The position numbers were made by a program, and so were the translations under genes. 64,000 nt of DNA from Octopus sinensis (taxonomy: Eukaryota), in contig NC_043001.1 of the NCBI RefSeq assembly GCF_006345805.1, positions 104,594,001 to 104,658,000 of the forward strand. Direction: 5' to 3'. This document shows, in pieces, positions 11,432 through 23,839 of this stretch. Under the pieces are notes generated by a model. That model had not been told where the DNA came from and ran no database searches. It saw nothing but the letters and a program-made list of their open reading frames with translations. The stretch's first letter is position 1. Every line of letters starts with the position of its first letter.

Positions 11432-13277
11432 TGCTCTGCATGCCAGACTCACAGATACTCAGATGGATCACTTCTATGAATCCTTTTTGAGGACTACCTC
11501 AATGACAAAAGACAATGTCATATTCATTGTGGCAGGGGACTTCAATGAACATGTTGGAAGACACCCCGATAGATTTCAGAGAGTGCATAGAGGTAACAGC
11601 TTTAGCTCTAGAAATGAGGAGGGGACAAGGTTTCTAGAGTTCTGTGATGCTCATGGCTTACTGGTCTGCAACATTCACTTCAGGAAACCTACCAAACATC
11701 TGATCACTTATCAACCTGATGGATTCGTCCTCACTAGACACAGGGACAGATGTATGCTCATAAATGCAAAGTCATTCCTGGGTGAAGAATGTACAACTGA
11801 ACATAGGCTAGTGGTTAGTGACTTCAGACTTAAGTCCAGAAGGATTCAGAGATGGAAGCTGATATGGAAAAGGAAGTTGTGGATGCTCAAAGATCCTTCA
11901 AAGAAGGAGAGATTTAGAGATGTTCTTAAAGCTTTCAATGAGAAGGAGGAAGAATTAGAAACATAAGATGTAGAGGACAACTGATTTCTGTGGTTGAAGT
12001 AAAGCCTCTGCCAGACCAAGGATGACATGGTGGTGGAACACTGACATTGACAAGGCCCTAAAAGGAAAGAAACAGCTATGGAATAGAGTGGGTAGCAAAG
12101 AATTATACCAGAAAGTTAAAAGGGAAGCTAAATGCCAGGTTTACCTGGATAAGGCAGAAGCAAAAAGGAAAAGGTATGCCAATGACCTGCAGCATGAAGA
12201 TTAGAGACTAGAGGTATTCTGGATTGTGAGACAGTGTGTCAAAAGAGAATTGAGATATTGTGGGAGAGAAGTGAGTATGGATGGATAATGGTATGCTTGC
12301 ACTTAGTGATTCATACAAGAAAGAGGCATGGAAAAGATACTATGCAAGGCTACTGAATGTGGAGAATGAATGGGGTAATGGAATTCCCAATAGAGGGACC
12401 AGCTGTCCTAGTGGACACCAGTATGGTAGATAAGGCAATTAAAGACATGATAGAAAACAGAGAAAGTCTTTGGTCTATCTGGAGATGCTCAAAATATCTG
12501 GTAAGGTAGGATATGGGCTAGTCACTCACCCACTTAGTTAATCAGGTTATTTAGAAAGGCATAATATCCAATGGCTGGAGTAGCAGCATTATTATTAGCT
12601 GCTACAAGAGTAAGGGAGATGCCTTAGAAGTAATTATAGACGCATCAAATTGCTGGACCAAGTGATGAAAGTTATGGAGAGAGTTATAGTCCAATTAATT
12701 AGGAACAAAATTAGACTAGATGAAATGTAGTTTGGCTTTGACAGAAGCAGAAACACTACTGGTACTATTTTGATAGTCAGGCAACTGCAAGAAAAGTATC
12801 TAGCTACGAATAAACCATTATACTTGGCATTTGTTGATCTGGAAAAACAAAAGCTTTGATAGAGTACCTTGCTATGTGATAAGGTGGGCTCTGAAGACAC
12901 AAGGAGTATACAAGTGACTTTTGAAAACTGTACAAGCCATGTACAGACATTCGGTGAGTAAAGTGAGAGTCAACTATGAGTACAGTGATGAATTTAGTGT
13001 ACAAGTAAGTGTTCATCAGGACTCAGTTCTCAGTCTTTTCCTTTTCATCACTGTCTTCCAGACCATAACGGAAGAATACAGCATTGGCTGACCCTGGGAA
13101 ATGCCCTCACAGCAGATTCTGTGGAAGCAAAACTTAGAATTGAAGGGCCTTAAGGTTAACTTAGCAAAGACTAAGGTTTCAGTAAGCAAGTAAACAGACA
13201 GGACCCTACTCCCTACTGGTAAATGGTTCTGTTTGATATGTAGGAAAAGTGTAAATAGGAATTCCATATGATGCACC
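11432..13277 (+). mobile_element. Decayed RTE LINE (endonuclease to RT), starting directly after the (TGA)n tail of another copy
   Basis: ORF 11406-11966 (VAGDFNEHVGRH...EHRLVVSDFR) and downstream fragments are collinear with about 5180-7160 of the 4898 copy. There are many stops and frameshifts. Confidence 0.9.
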
Positions 13278-13279
13278 CT

Positions 13280-13465
13280 TCTTATTCTAACGGCTACACT
13301 TTCAGTGCACCCACTCCTGCTACTAACTTGGTCACCTAGGTAAGGGAAGCTATCAACTACTTCTAGTTTTTCTCCCTGGAATGTGCAGAAATTGTTCTCT
13401 GTACATTTTCAGTGTTTATTGCTCCTGAGCATCTGCCACATACACAAACTATCTTTCCAGTTAGA
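13280..13465 (-). mobile_element. Inverted RTE segment continuing the 11432-13277 copy
   Basis: The reverse complement aligns by eye to about 7205-7390 of the 4898 copy (GKIV.VCGRCSG...KLEVVDSF.YLGD). Confidence 0.8.
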
Positions 13466-13876
13466 CTTCCATTATTTTCATTATCTATTTTTAATCTTAA
13501 TTTTTATCCTTTATCTTTATTCTTATATACTTTAATAAATTATTATCATTATTATTATTGTATTTAAATAAAAATAAAAATATTAATGCATGCGTGCACA
13601 TAACACACGCACACACACACACACACCACACACAATAAACACACTTTCGTCTGCTTAGTTTGTTGGAGTATTTTAAACGATCAACATATAAATTCTGTAA
13701 TGTCTATTTTACCCAGAAGATCTTCCACCCAGGGTGCTCAAATTGCAAACTTATATTATTATATATGTTTTGTAATTTAAATTGAGTGTAAATTAAAACA
13801 ATTGTAGGCAATTAATAAATAAATTTATATCCATTGAATCTCTGCATTTTCAAACTTATTAATACACATATATATA

Positions 13877-15710
13877 TCTCTATATATAAAACTGAAATGC
13901 GTTTTTACCGCTTGGATCGCTTTCAATGCCACTACATCCCGTCCGATTCGCTCCAAAATTAACAGGGACATGTAGAATGAGGTGACGATGCTCGTGGGCT
14001 ACCTTAGAAATCCCTATCTTAAAAGGTGTGGTTGCTAGGGGCCATCTTCCTCACTCACGCTATTTCCTCCAGTACCCTCTCACTCCTCTTCATTTGACAA
14101 GTCCACTCCTGTTATTTAATGTAAAGTCTTCCTCAAATCACTCTCTCGCTATTTCCTCTCTTCCAAGAACATTTTCACTCACTCTATCTCTTAGCTTCCC
14201 ATACATTTTACTCATGTATCTATCTGCGTTCATAGAGAGAAACAAATATTACATCGCCATCGCATTATATTGTCTACCTGTCAACACACACACACATATA
14301 TCTAATATTATATTTTTATTTTTATGTTTTTGTTTTTGGTTTTTTACGGTTTCATTTCCCTATTAGTGGTTTTATCTCTAATTTAATTTCTACAGCGTGC
14401 ACACACACCTATATGTGGCCCCAGTAGACCCGAATGAAATCGGGTTCTCTTCATCAAAATGTGAAAAGGGGTCTAGAATTATCATTGCCACAACTTATGT
14501 ATATGTCTTCCTCACTCACTCACTCTTTTTCCTAATGATAATTATCATCACCACCACCACCACCACCAACACACAATCATGACAATCTTTCTCTTAAAAC
14601 AAATCATGTTTACATTGCAAAATATTTCATTTTCCCGTCCACTCTTTCATATATCACCTTTTCTTTCTCGAGCTCTCTCTTTTTTCCCCGTCCCTATTTA
14701 TTCTACAACAAGTCTATCAATGACAGCCGCAAAAGTTTCAATATTCCTACTTCACCTCTTTCAGAAACGCAACAGATATTATTTTTTTTGCCGGGGTTAA
14801 AGCCCACTACATCCCGTCGGATTCACTCCAAAATTTACACCTTTTCTTTCTACCTCTAACTCCCCTTCAATTTCTCTTTATCTCCATTCATAAAGATAAT
14901 TATCATCGCCACCACCACCACCAACACACAATCTGGACAATCTTTCTCTTAAAACAAATCATGTTTACATTGCAACGACGTCTGCCACCTCCGCCGTCTC
15001 TATTTATGCCTGGATCATTCCATTCAACCCTTTGCTTTCCAAAACATTTAATGCACACATTAATGTTGAGTACTGCAGTTCGGTGAGATGCATACAATAC
15101 CTCTGCAAGTACATTAATAAGGGCGATGATATGGCCGTGTTCGTGTTCAGTGATGAAGACCTTAGACATGACAAAATTAAACAATTCGTTTTGGGTAGGT
15201 ATGTATCCTCCAATTATGCAGCGTGGCGCATTTTTGGATACGAGATTCATCTAAGCTCACCATCAGTTTTCCACCTGAATGTTCATTTACAGAAGAGACA
15301 GCTGTTTTACTTCACAGAGAAAAATGCACGTCAAGTCATTGAAAATCTAAAAGGGACTACGCTTACAGCATTTTTTAAATTGTGTTCAGTTGATGAGTTT
15401 GCTGCTACTCTCATTTACCCTGAAGTACCAGAATATTACACATACAACAACAATAATTGGAAGCGCAGGTCACATGGAACAGAACTTGACATTGGCCCGG
15501 TGTTTCTAGGAAGAACGTCATTGGGCGTGTGTATAATATTCATCCTACCAAACAGGAAATCTTCTTTTTGAGAATGCTGCTTCATGTAGTTACTGGACCA
15601 AAGTCTTTTGCTGATCTTCGCCACTTACAGGGAAGCATGTTTGAGGCGCGGACTTCTTCTCAATGATGACCACTTACACAGGACATTAGCAGAGGCCTCA
15701 AATTGTAACC
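13877..15710 (+). mobile_element. Helitron, internally deleted and 3'-truncated, with a RepHel fragment
   Basis: The 5' terminus a|TCTCTATATATAAAACTG is at 13877. Bases 15007-15571 encode AWIIPFNPLLSKTFNAHINVEYCSS...KYINKGDD...GRYVSS..AAWRIFG...LTAFFKLC...EVPEYYTY, the conserved post-Rep region. Internal duplications: 14540-14625 with 14897-14975, and 13927-13960 with 14803-14837. Confidence 0.88.
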
Positions 15711-16007
15711 TGCCATGGCAAATGCCACTTGCACATTAATTTCATGAGCAGGCCTTTCCATTGATCGGATCAACTGGAACATTCATCATCATAATCAATA
15801 GAATGCCAGTTTTGGTAGGTGTGATTTGAGGAATATTTGGTTGTTATTTGTAGCAGTTCAAATCTCTTCATGAAAGTGTTCATAATGGACAATGGTATAA
15901 CTGAAAAATATGTGTAGGATACACTTAGTCTTTTGAATGCAACCTACATGAACTGGGGATACACAAGAAAAAGAAATCACAACAGATCACACAAAAAGTT
16001 AACTTAC

Positions 16008-16105
16008 TCTTCTCCTTGCAATATTTTATGACCTTTTGGTAATGGAACCTCTTCACCAACTTTAGCTGCAGCGTATATTGATAATTCGAAGGACTTTTTA
16101 ATGTC
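16008..16105 (-). CDS. UBA-like repeat gene, exon 15: DIKKSFELSIYAAAKVGEEVPLPKGHKILQG(E)
   Basis: Acceptor ttttctttgtcag, donor GA|gtaagt, 98 nt, phase 0 to 2. Confidence 0.88.
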
Positions 16106-16552
16106 CTGACAAAGAAAATTTGATATGCTTTATCATGTACTATTAGAACTGTCAATGGTGAAATTGGTAGAATGGAAAATAAACTGACATTTGATATGTA
16201 GTAACATTCCTGTCTTTTATCTTTCCAAGATTGATAAAATATGTAACATTCAAATATTGGGTTGATATAATTGATTACATACTCCTATAAAATTGTGAAT
16301 TTGTGCCTACATTAGAAATCATTATTATGTACTCATACATACCAAACGTGCTCCATATAAAAGCAAATGTCATATGGTATAGAGAACCCTACCATTTTTC
16401 TAGTTGGTGAGCACATTATACCATCCAGTTTACCTAGCCATGGATGCCTTCGATAGAGTCCACTCTATAGCAAGTATTTAGACCAGGCTTTCAGCAAGGA
16501 GTTCCCAGGACCTACTGACACCGTTTACTTTTCACACTTCTCCAAAATATCA

Positions 16553-16744
16553 GTTTCAAATTTTGGCACAAGACCAGCAATTTCAAGTGAGGGAGTAAGT
16601 TGATTACATCAACCTCACTGCTCAACTGGTATTTATCATATCAACCCTGAAAGGATGAAAAGCTAAGTCAACCATGGCAGAATCTGAACTCAGAATATAG
16701 AGAAAGATGAAATACTGTTAAGCACTTGGCAAGCTAACTGCCTT
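16553..16744 (-). mobile_element. tRNA-derived SINE (family 'C' here) with a 19-bp TSD
   Basis: Flanked by ACACTTCTCCA(A/G)AATATCA at 16534-16552 and 16745-16763. Related copies lie at about 29925-30135, 34700-34840, 46625-46845, 48872-49040, 61530-62125 and 63535-63930. Confidence 0.85.
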
Positions 16745-16879
16745 ACACTTCTCCAGAATATCAAAAACTATAGCTAAACCCACTGGACAATTCTTCCCAC
16801 CCTCTTCCTTTCTAACATTTGTAGATTTCATTCCAATTAAAAATCTACTCATTATTTCTTACTAGCTTGCAAACTGCAC

Positions 16880-17280
16880 AACCTATTCCTCTCTGAGAAA
16901 CAAATTTCTAAACTGCCATCTATGGTTCATCTCTAACATCCAGACCATATGCTTTACTTAAACGTCACTCTGAAAGGAGATGTCTGCACGTAAGTAAGCT
17001 CCAATCTCCCAGCCAATCACCACCCTCACTTGGATTTTAATCTGACTCAGAGTCTCCTTCCCTCCCTCACATACGACCACTTCTTCTCTACTCTTTGAAT
17101 TCTTTAAACCAACAGCAACTCTTCAGCCATATCTCCTCTCAAATTTATCTCATTTAATCATTCTCTAAAGTTATCCTAGTTGGTGACTTTAATTCTCACA
17201 ACTCCCCTAGTGGCTCCCCGACTCATCTCATATTGATGCTATTGGAGCAAAAAATAAATCTTTTGCAATTCTTAATTCTT
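16880..17280 (+). mobile_element. Decayed LINE APE-endonuclease fragment
   Basis: Contains LSE.QIS near 16890 and SKVILVGDFNSHN near 17165-17205. Bases 17280-17495 are a diverged inverted copy of the upstream part (16480-16900). Confidence 0.55.
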
Positions 17281-18439
17281 CTGAGAGAGAGGAACAGGTT
17301 GTGGGGTATGCAAACTATTAAGAATAGGATCTAAATTGGAATGAAATCTATAGATGTTAGAAAAGAAGAGGGTGAGAGGAATTGTTCAGTAGGTTTCGTT
17401 CTAATTTCAGATATTTTGGAGAAGTGTAAAAAAGTAAAGGGTGACAGTGTCTCAGCAGATCATGGAAAGTCCTTGCTGGAAGCCTGGTTTAAATGCATTT
17501 CTGATCAACACACTTCTATCTCACCTCCAAACCTAACCTCTACTCGACCATAATTGCCTCAGTATGTATCAGGTTGTCCAATCAATACCTCATCACAACT
17601 ACCCAATATACATTCACATACTACAATCAAAATCAAAATCAAAATCAAAATCGAAATTGATCAACATCAATGTGACACCAGTGCCGGTGGCACGTAAGAG
17701 AACCATCCAAACACAGTCATTGCCAGCGCCGCCCCGACTGGCCTCCGTGCCGGTGGGACGTAAAAAGCACCATCCAATAGTGGCCGTTGCCAGCCTCGCC
17801 TGGCACCTGTGCTGGTGGCACGTAAAAAGCACCCACTAAACTCACGGAGTGGCTGGCATTAGGAAGGGCATCCAGCCGTAGAAACATTGCCAGATCAGAC
17901 TGGGCCTGGCACAGCCTTCTGGCTTTCCAGACCCCAGTTGAACTGTCCAACCCATGCTATCATGGAAAGCGGATGCTAAACGATGATGATGATGATACTA
18001 CACAATATCTGGTGAAGGTATACAGTTTAGTTATGAAGGTATTTGATTCATGATTATAAGGTCGTGAGTTCAATTCCTGGCATTGTGTAGCATTCTTGAG
18101 CAGGGCACTTTATTTCCTGTTGCTTCAGTTCACTCAGCTGGCAAAAATGAGTTAAACCTGTATTTCAAAGGACCAACCTTGTTACATTGTGTCACATGGA
18201 ATCACCCAGAGAACTATGCTAAGGATACCTGAGTCAGTGGAGTGCTCAGCTTCTTGCACATTAATTTCATGAGCAGGTTATTTTATTAATCAAATTAAAC
18301 CAGAATTCGCATCATCATAACTGACAATACCAGTTTGATGCAATATCCACCTACTCCCACTACCATACTTAGATGCTACACACTTCAAGTCAGTCAACTG
18401 GTTGAAGCTCCACCAGTTTTATGCGAAGTGTCCCAGGTC

Positions 18440-18860
18440 CATTACAATTAGACAGGTGACTGAAACTATCCTTTTAGGCATCTTCCTCCATGTCCTGCAC
18501 ACAACAAAAACTCAATGCCTCAAGTTCACTCTGAGATAATTAACAGCAGTTCAAGCCAAAAAGACAGGATTACTGAACCTAGAAATTGGAGCCTGTTTAC
18601 CTAGCAAGTAACTCTTGCAAAACCACTGTCTAAACTGAAAAGGACGCCTTTGTGCATCACACGGCATGCAAGCCTTCCACTTTCCAAACTGACCCTTTTG
18701 GTCCCTTGCTAAAAGAAACTTCTCTAAGTTTTCAGAACCCTCATTTCCTCATTTCTCAATAATGATGGCCAAGTAAGCTGTAACTCCATGCTTTCCATGG
18801 AAAAAGCCTCAACCTTCACTGCCTGCTTTTCATCCAACTCCATACTGAATATGCTAGATA
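18440..18860 (-). mobile_element. Old RTE-like LINE C-terminal fragment
   Basis: ELDEKQAVKVEAFSMESMELQLTWPSLLRNEEM resembles the RTE consensus ...KIEAFEMWCWRRML.ISW..RIRNEEV. Confidence 0.5.
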
Positions 18861-18917
18861 AATTTCCTCCAAAACTATATGTCTTCCACTCAACTACATT
18901 CACCAATTTACATACCC

Positions 18918-19640
18918 TACAAGGGTGAGCTGAAAAGTTTATAAGCTAATTATGAAGGAGTGATGCAAAAGCTGTGAAATCTTGCATGCATAAACTTCAA
19001 CCTGTCTTATTAATAACTGTATTGTTTCTTTCCTAGTAAACTGACATTTGACTGGTCAAAGAAGACTTCAAAAGTAACTAGTAGAATCTTTTCTTGAAAA
19101 TGGACAAAATTTGGCATTGTAGTGTTATCAAGTACTTGCAGAAAAAGGGTTTAGTCTCCAAGGACATTCATGAAGACATTCATAAGAAATGAAATTCCAG
19201 CTTTATCAACAGTCCAAAACTGGGCAGAGTCTTGAAGATGGCCCAAGGTCTAACGTCTTGCAACTGCCACCACCGAGGAAAACATTGATCGTATTCATCA
19301 CATGGTGATGAATACATTCAAATAGCCAATGCTATTTACATATCCTGTTAGAGAGCTGAGAATATTCCACACAATGAACATGGTATGATGAAAGTTTCTG
19401 CTCAGTGGGGGCCATCCTCTGACACCTGGTCACATCATGAGAAAATCTGACATTATCTGAGGCAGAGCCAGCTGGTTTCCTTGAACATTTCCTAACCCAG
19501 GATGAGTGTTGGGTTCATCATTATATGTCAGAGACAAAGACGCAATCTATGCAGTGGAAACACCCCTCCTCACCTATTCGAAAGGAGGCCAAGGTCATTT
19601 CATATGCAGGGAAGGTGATGGCCTCAGGTTTGGGATCCAA
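18918..19640 (+). mobile_element. Mariner transposase remnant (5' TIR and N-terminal half)
   Basis: TA+CAAGGGTGAGCTGAAAAGTT terminus at 18918. Encodes MDKIWHCSVIKYLQKKG..., TQDECWVHHY and QWKHPSSP..EAKVISYAGKVMAS. Confidence 0.85.
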
Positions 19641-20673
19641 AAGTAACAAGACACATCCAGTTTCTGAGTATAGTCATTGGTTGGTTTTGAAATCTTACCA
19701 ATGGTAGCCCATAATCCTGCAAAGTATCCTAGTATCAAAAGAATTTAGGTGGCTCCTAGTCTAAGTCTTGCAACTGTAGAGTAAGAGAGGGAGGACTAGT
19801 TTCAGTAGCCTAAGATAGGAAACTAGTCTATACCAGTTAACTTGCTTTTGCATGAAGAACTTCATGCTTCAAGCTAACAAGACATTCGTCATGAACACTG
19901 TGGTGAGTTATTCAATATACAGGACTACTAACAGTGAAGTGAATTCAACCACCAAGAACTAAGTGTTCTGACAATGGATACATCACATTGCTGGTACACA
20001 GCTGACTTAGCCATGCATACATTTTTTTGCTATGTTTCTAAAAGAATCACAAATGCTAGAATTGTGCTATGATACAGAAGCTTTTTCCAAAGAGAATTAA
20101 CAATATAATTGAGAGGATAAGATTTTAATCCAGTCTGTTTTCCATGTTAGCATGGGTTGGACAGTTTGACAGGAGCTGGTAAGGCCAGGGGCTGCACCAG
20201 GTTCCATTGTCTGTTATGGCTTGCTTCCTACAGCTGGATGCCCTTTTTAATGCCAATCACTTTACAGTGTACTGGGTGCTTTTTATGTGGGACCAGCATC
20301 AGTGCATTTTATATGGCACCAGCACCAGCACATGTAGATATGATGGCTACAATGCACAGCACCATTTCTATTTCCCATTTGAGTCAGCATCATTAGATAA
20401 CCGGGTACAAAGACACCCAGAAAACATATATAAAAACAAATTTGCAACTCCATCAAACCCATAAGATTATAGGGAAAAGTAAATTAAAATTTTGAAAAAA
20501 AAATTTAATTACTGTATTTATAATCAAGTGGGAAAATTGAATTATACATGGCCTGTCTTATTGGCAGCTACATCTGAGGTCTTTGAGTCAATTTAATTGT
20601 AGAAAAAGAAAACAAAATTTACCAAACAGTAAAGAAGTAAAAAAAATACATAAAAAGTAAATTGCCAACTCAC

Positions 20674-20743
20674 CTCATCTTTGAATGTTCTTTCTTTTTC
20701 TTTGAAAAGTTTGTAGGTCTTACAGAATTCTATCTGAGCAATC
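20674..20743 (-). CDS. UBA-like repeat gene, exon 14: (R)IAQIEFCKTYKLFKEKERTFKDE
   Basis: Acceptor cctctaattgcag, donor GAG|gtgagt, 70 nt, phase 2 to 0. Confidence 0.88.
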
Positions 20744-20849
20744 CTGCAATTAGAGGTGTATGTGTACATATACATATATATAAACATAAATAAATAAATA
20801 AATAATACATACATACATATATATGCATGTATGCATAAAGAAATTTAAA

Positions 20850-21240
20850 GAGAAATGCTACTATCAAGGAGGAAATAAATCCTAACCTTTTTGCGTGCAC
20901 AATTTGTGACAGACCATGTCTTTCTTTTGCTGGGCTCAAATCTCATTTGCAGACCTGTGAAAAATAAACCACTAACTACTCTGCCTACCTATCTGTGTAT
21001 ATCTGCCAATGCCAAGTATGCCATAAGGTCTGCAAATCCAACGGAGGCCTCAAAAGACATTTTATAATCAAAAAAGACCAGAACTTAACTGCAGCTCTTG
21101 GTGGTCCAAAGCAGATATGCAATTTAAGTGGGTGTCTTTTAAAAACATTGTCTGGTTTAAAAAGCCACATTAGATGCCATGATAGATCTAAGGTGTAAGT
21201 ACAAGAGGTAGTCAAACTATGTATAAGGAGTAGACAACCA

Positions 21241-21275
<35 letters not shown>
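20850..21275 (+). mobile_element. LINE 3' end encoding three tandem decayed C2H2/C2HC zinc fingers, ending in (TA)n
   Basis: One frame with a single internal TAA: CTICDRPCLSFAGLKSHLQTC, CQVCHKVCKSNGGLKRH and CNLSGCLLKTLSGLKSHIRCH. A short UTR ends GACAACCACC(AT)n. RTE-type assignment is an inference. Confidence 0.65.
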
Positions 21276-21278
<3 letters not shown>

Positions 21279-22429
21279 GAAGGGCTTCTTTCAGTTTCCA
21301 TCTTCTAAATCCACTCAAAAGGCTTTGGTCGGCCCGACGCTATAGTAGAAGACACTTGCCCGAGATGCCATGCAGTGGGATTGAACTCAGACCCATGTGG
21401 TGGGGAAGCAAGCTTCTTACCATACAGTCATGCCTGCACCTATATATATATATATATATATATCATCATCATCATCATCATCATCGTTTAACATCCATCT
21501 TCCATGCATACATGGGTAGGATCGTTGACAGGAACTGGCCAGGTAGAAAAACTACCCAAAGCCACTGTGTCTGTTTTGGCAGGGATTTTACAGCTAGATG
21601 CCTTTCCTGACACCAACCACTCCATGGAGTGGACTCAGTGCTTTTTATCTGGCACTAGCACAGGCAAGGTTAATTTTGGCATGATTTTTACAGTTGGATG
21701 CCTTTTCAAAACACCAACCACATTACAGTGTGGACTGGATGTTTTTAATGTGGCACTAATACTGGCAGGGTAACCAAGTAACTCACAAGACAAAGAATTA
21801 GAGTGTGAGGTTAGAGTGTAACAAAGAGACAGAGAGACAGAAGTAGGTGTCTTGTCAGAACAGAGGGAGCATTAGAGGAGGTGATCCAGTATCAGATGAT
21901 GAATGGTTAGAGTGTAACAGAGAAACAGAGGGGCAGAAATAGTTTCATTGCTATAGAGGAGGATGTGGTTGTCTGGGGAGGGAGAGAGAGAGAGAAAATA
22001 GAAACCAGAGTGAGAGAGAGATACAAGAAAGAGAGCAGAAAGAAGTGTGGTGATGTAAAGGAGACACTTAGCTACCTAGTCAGAGGTAAAACAAGAGGAG
22101 AAAAAGTGACCAAGAGAATAGGAAACAGCAAAAGTGTAAGAGAGAGCAGAAGAGAGATGGTGTAGTGCTAGGGTATAGCCACAAGTAACAAGGATCTGAG
22201 CATAGAACCTGGGTAGAAAAATAGTGTGTGGGTGTTGGAGGTGGGGGAAGCAACACTACAGTGAGCAAGGCAGTGAGGGCAAGAAAGGGGATTAGAAAGC
22301 AATCATAGTTTATGAAGAAGAAATGTAAGGAAGAGAAAGATGCAGTTAGAATAGGGGTTGTAGTTCGGTTTCTTGGGGTAGAGTGAGAAGCATGTTATCA
22401 CATGTGGGTGGGACATAACTCTTCTAGTG

Positions 22430-22434
<5 letters not shown>

Positions 22435-22491
<57 letters not shown>

Positions 22492-22558
22492 TATGTATGT
22501 GTATATGTGTGTGTGCATGTATGTGTGTATGTATGTGTGTGTGTGTGTGTGTGTGTGT
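22435..22558. repeat. (TG)n/(TGTA)n microsatellite
   Basis: Directly visible. Other microsatellites include (TA)n at 4203-4230, 21244-21277 and 56460-56492, (GAT/GAC)n at 43200-43285, and (ATT)n at 53378-53458. Confidence 0.95.
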
Positions 22559-23114
22559 TTCTTAGCTAGCTGAAGCTATTAATATAATAGTTATGCAATG
22601 AGCTATGCTCAAAATAGCTAATCAACAGGCTGAGATTTCTTAAATTAAATGAAGGTTACATTGTTGCTTAGAATTTCTAAGTCTCCTACACCACAGTGGT
22701 GATTATGAACTGAAGAAAGAAGCCAGTAGTAAAAAATAAGATAAAATAAAAGTTAAGAAGTAAATCAAGGGAACCGATGAATGATAAAGCAAAGGGTGAG
22801 ACCCAAAATATGCAAGAGTGGGTGTGGTTTAGAGTTGAGGAATACAAAGAAAAAGAGAACAAGAAGGAAAGAAAAAAAAGAAGAGAGAAAAGGATTATAT
22901 CATTGGGAGAAAATACTGTGGTCATAAACTTTCATTCAAGAGATATGACATATGATATTTGCTCTGCAGAATACAAGATGCCAGTACATCGGCATACTCA
23001 TCTAGATCACAATATATACACACACTCACACATGTGCATACATGCTAACTCATGCACACATAACATAAAACTACTTAAGGGTGTATGGATGCTGTATTTT
23101 TTTATTCTTTTATT

Positions 23115-23440
23115 TGTTTCAGTCATGTGACTGTGGCCATGCTGGAGCACCACCTTTAGTTGAACAAATCGACCCCAGGACTTATTTTTGTAAGCCTAAT
23201 ACTTATTCTATCGGTCTCTTTTGCTGAATCGCTATGTTACGTGGAATTAAACACACCAAAATCAGTTGTCAAGCGATAGTGAGGCGACAAACACAAACAT
23301 ATATATATATGTATATATACATACAATGGGGTTCTTTCAGTTTCTGTCTACCAAATCCACTCACAAGGCTTTGGTTGCCCAAGGCGCCATACAGTGGGAC
23401 TGAACCCGGAACCATGTGGTTGTAAACAAGCTTTTATTCA
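23115..23440 (-). mobile_element. tRNA-derived SINE (family 'A' here; head like CAGGCGTGGCTGTGTGGTAAGAAGCTTG), representative copy
   Basis: tRNA-like head with GGTTCAGTCCC B-box, internal CA/TA tract, and tail ...CCAGCATGGCCACAGTCA.ATGACTGAAACAA. Other copies lie at about 2670-2900, 9770-10110, 10640-10990, 21278-21440, 24440-24790, 25685-25825, 27670-27970, 36680-37065, 44920-45070, 48445-48680 and 57810-58410. Confidence 0.85.
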
Positions 23441-23554
23441 CTGTTTTCTAAACCTGAGAAAAATAAGTAGGGGTGCAAATTTTGATTTTACACCCTACAA
23501 AAATTCTAGAGTGTGCACTTGCACCTGCTATTCTTGGGCCTATGGCTACACCTG

Positions 23555-23745
23555 TTGTTAAGAATAATACATTTCTGTACAACTTGATTAATTATATGGA
23601 TGAGTTCATCATGTCCCACTCTGCTACATACTTTAAGCATATCAATGGTATTTCCGAATGGACCAGATCTTTCCCTGTCTTACTATCCTTAATTACTTTG
23701 TCTATCATATGGCTGACAACTAGGATAGTTAGTCTTTCTGTATCC
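23555..23745 (-). mobile_element. Short decayed RTE RT fragment
   Basis: The reverse complement aligns to about 6240-6420 of the 4898 copy (KTGK.PG...DMLK...INQVV). Confidence 0.65.
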
Positions 23746-23816
23746 ATCTATACACACCTCCCTCCCTCTACTAGGAATATGTAATTATGGCAGTAGATAT
23801 TTCAAATTGTACTTAC

Positions 23817-23839
23817 CTATCTCGGTCAAATGTAGAATC
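23817..23839 (-). CDS. UBA-like repeat gene, exon 13, a 23-nt microexon: DSTFDRD(R)
   Basis: Strong acceptor ttattctttttctccag and donor AG|gtaagt. It provides the phase 0 to 2 change needed between its neighbours. Confidence 0.78.

Noticed and set aside
18724-18856. Host terminal exon (MELDEKQAVK...)
   Set aside because: The phase does not fit exon 14, and the peptide resembles a decayed RTE C-terminus.
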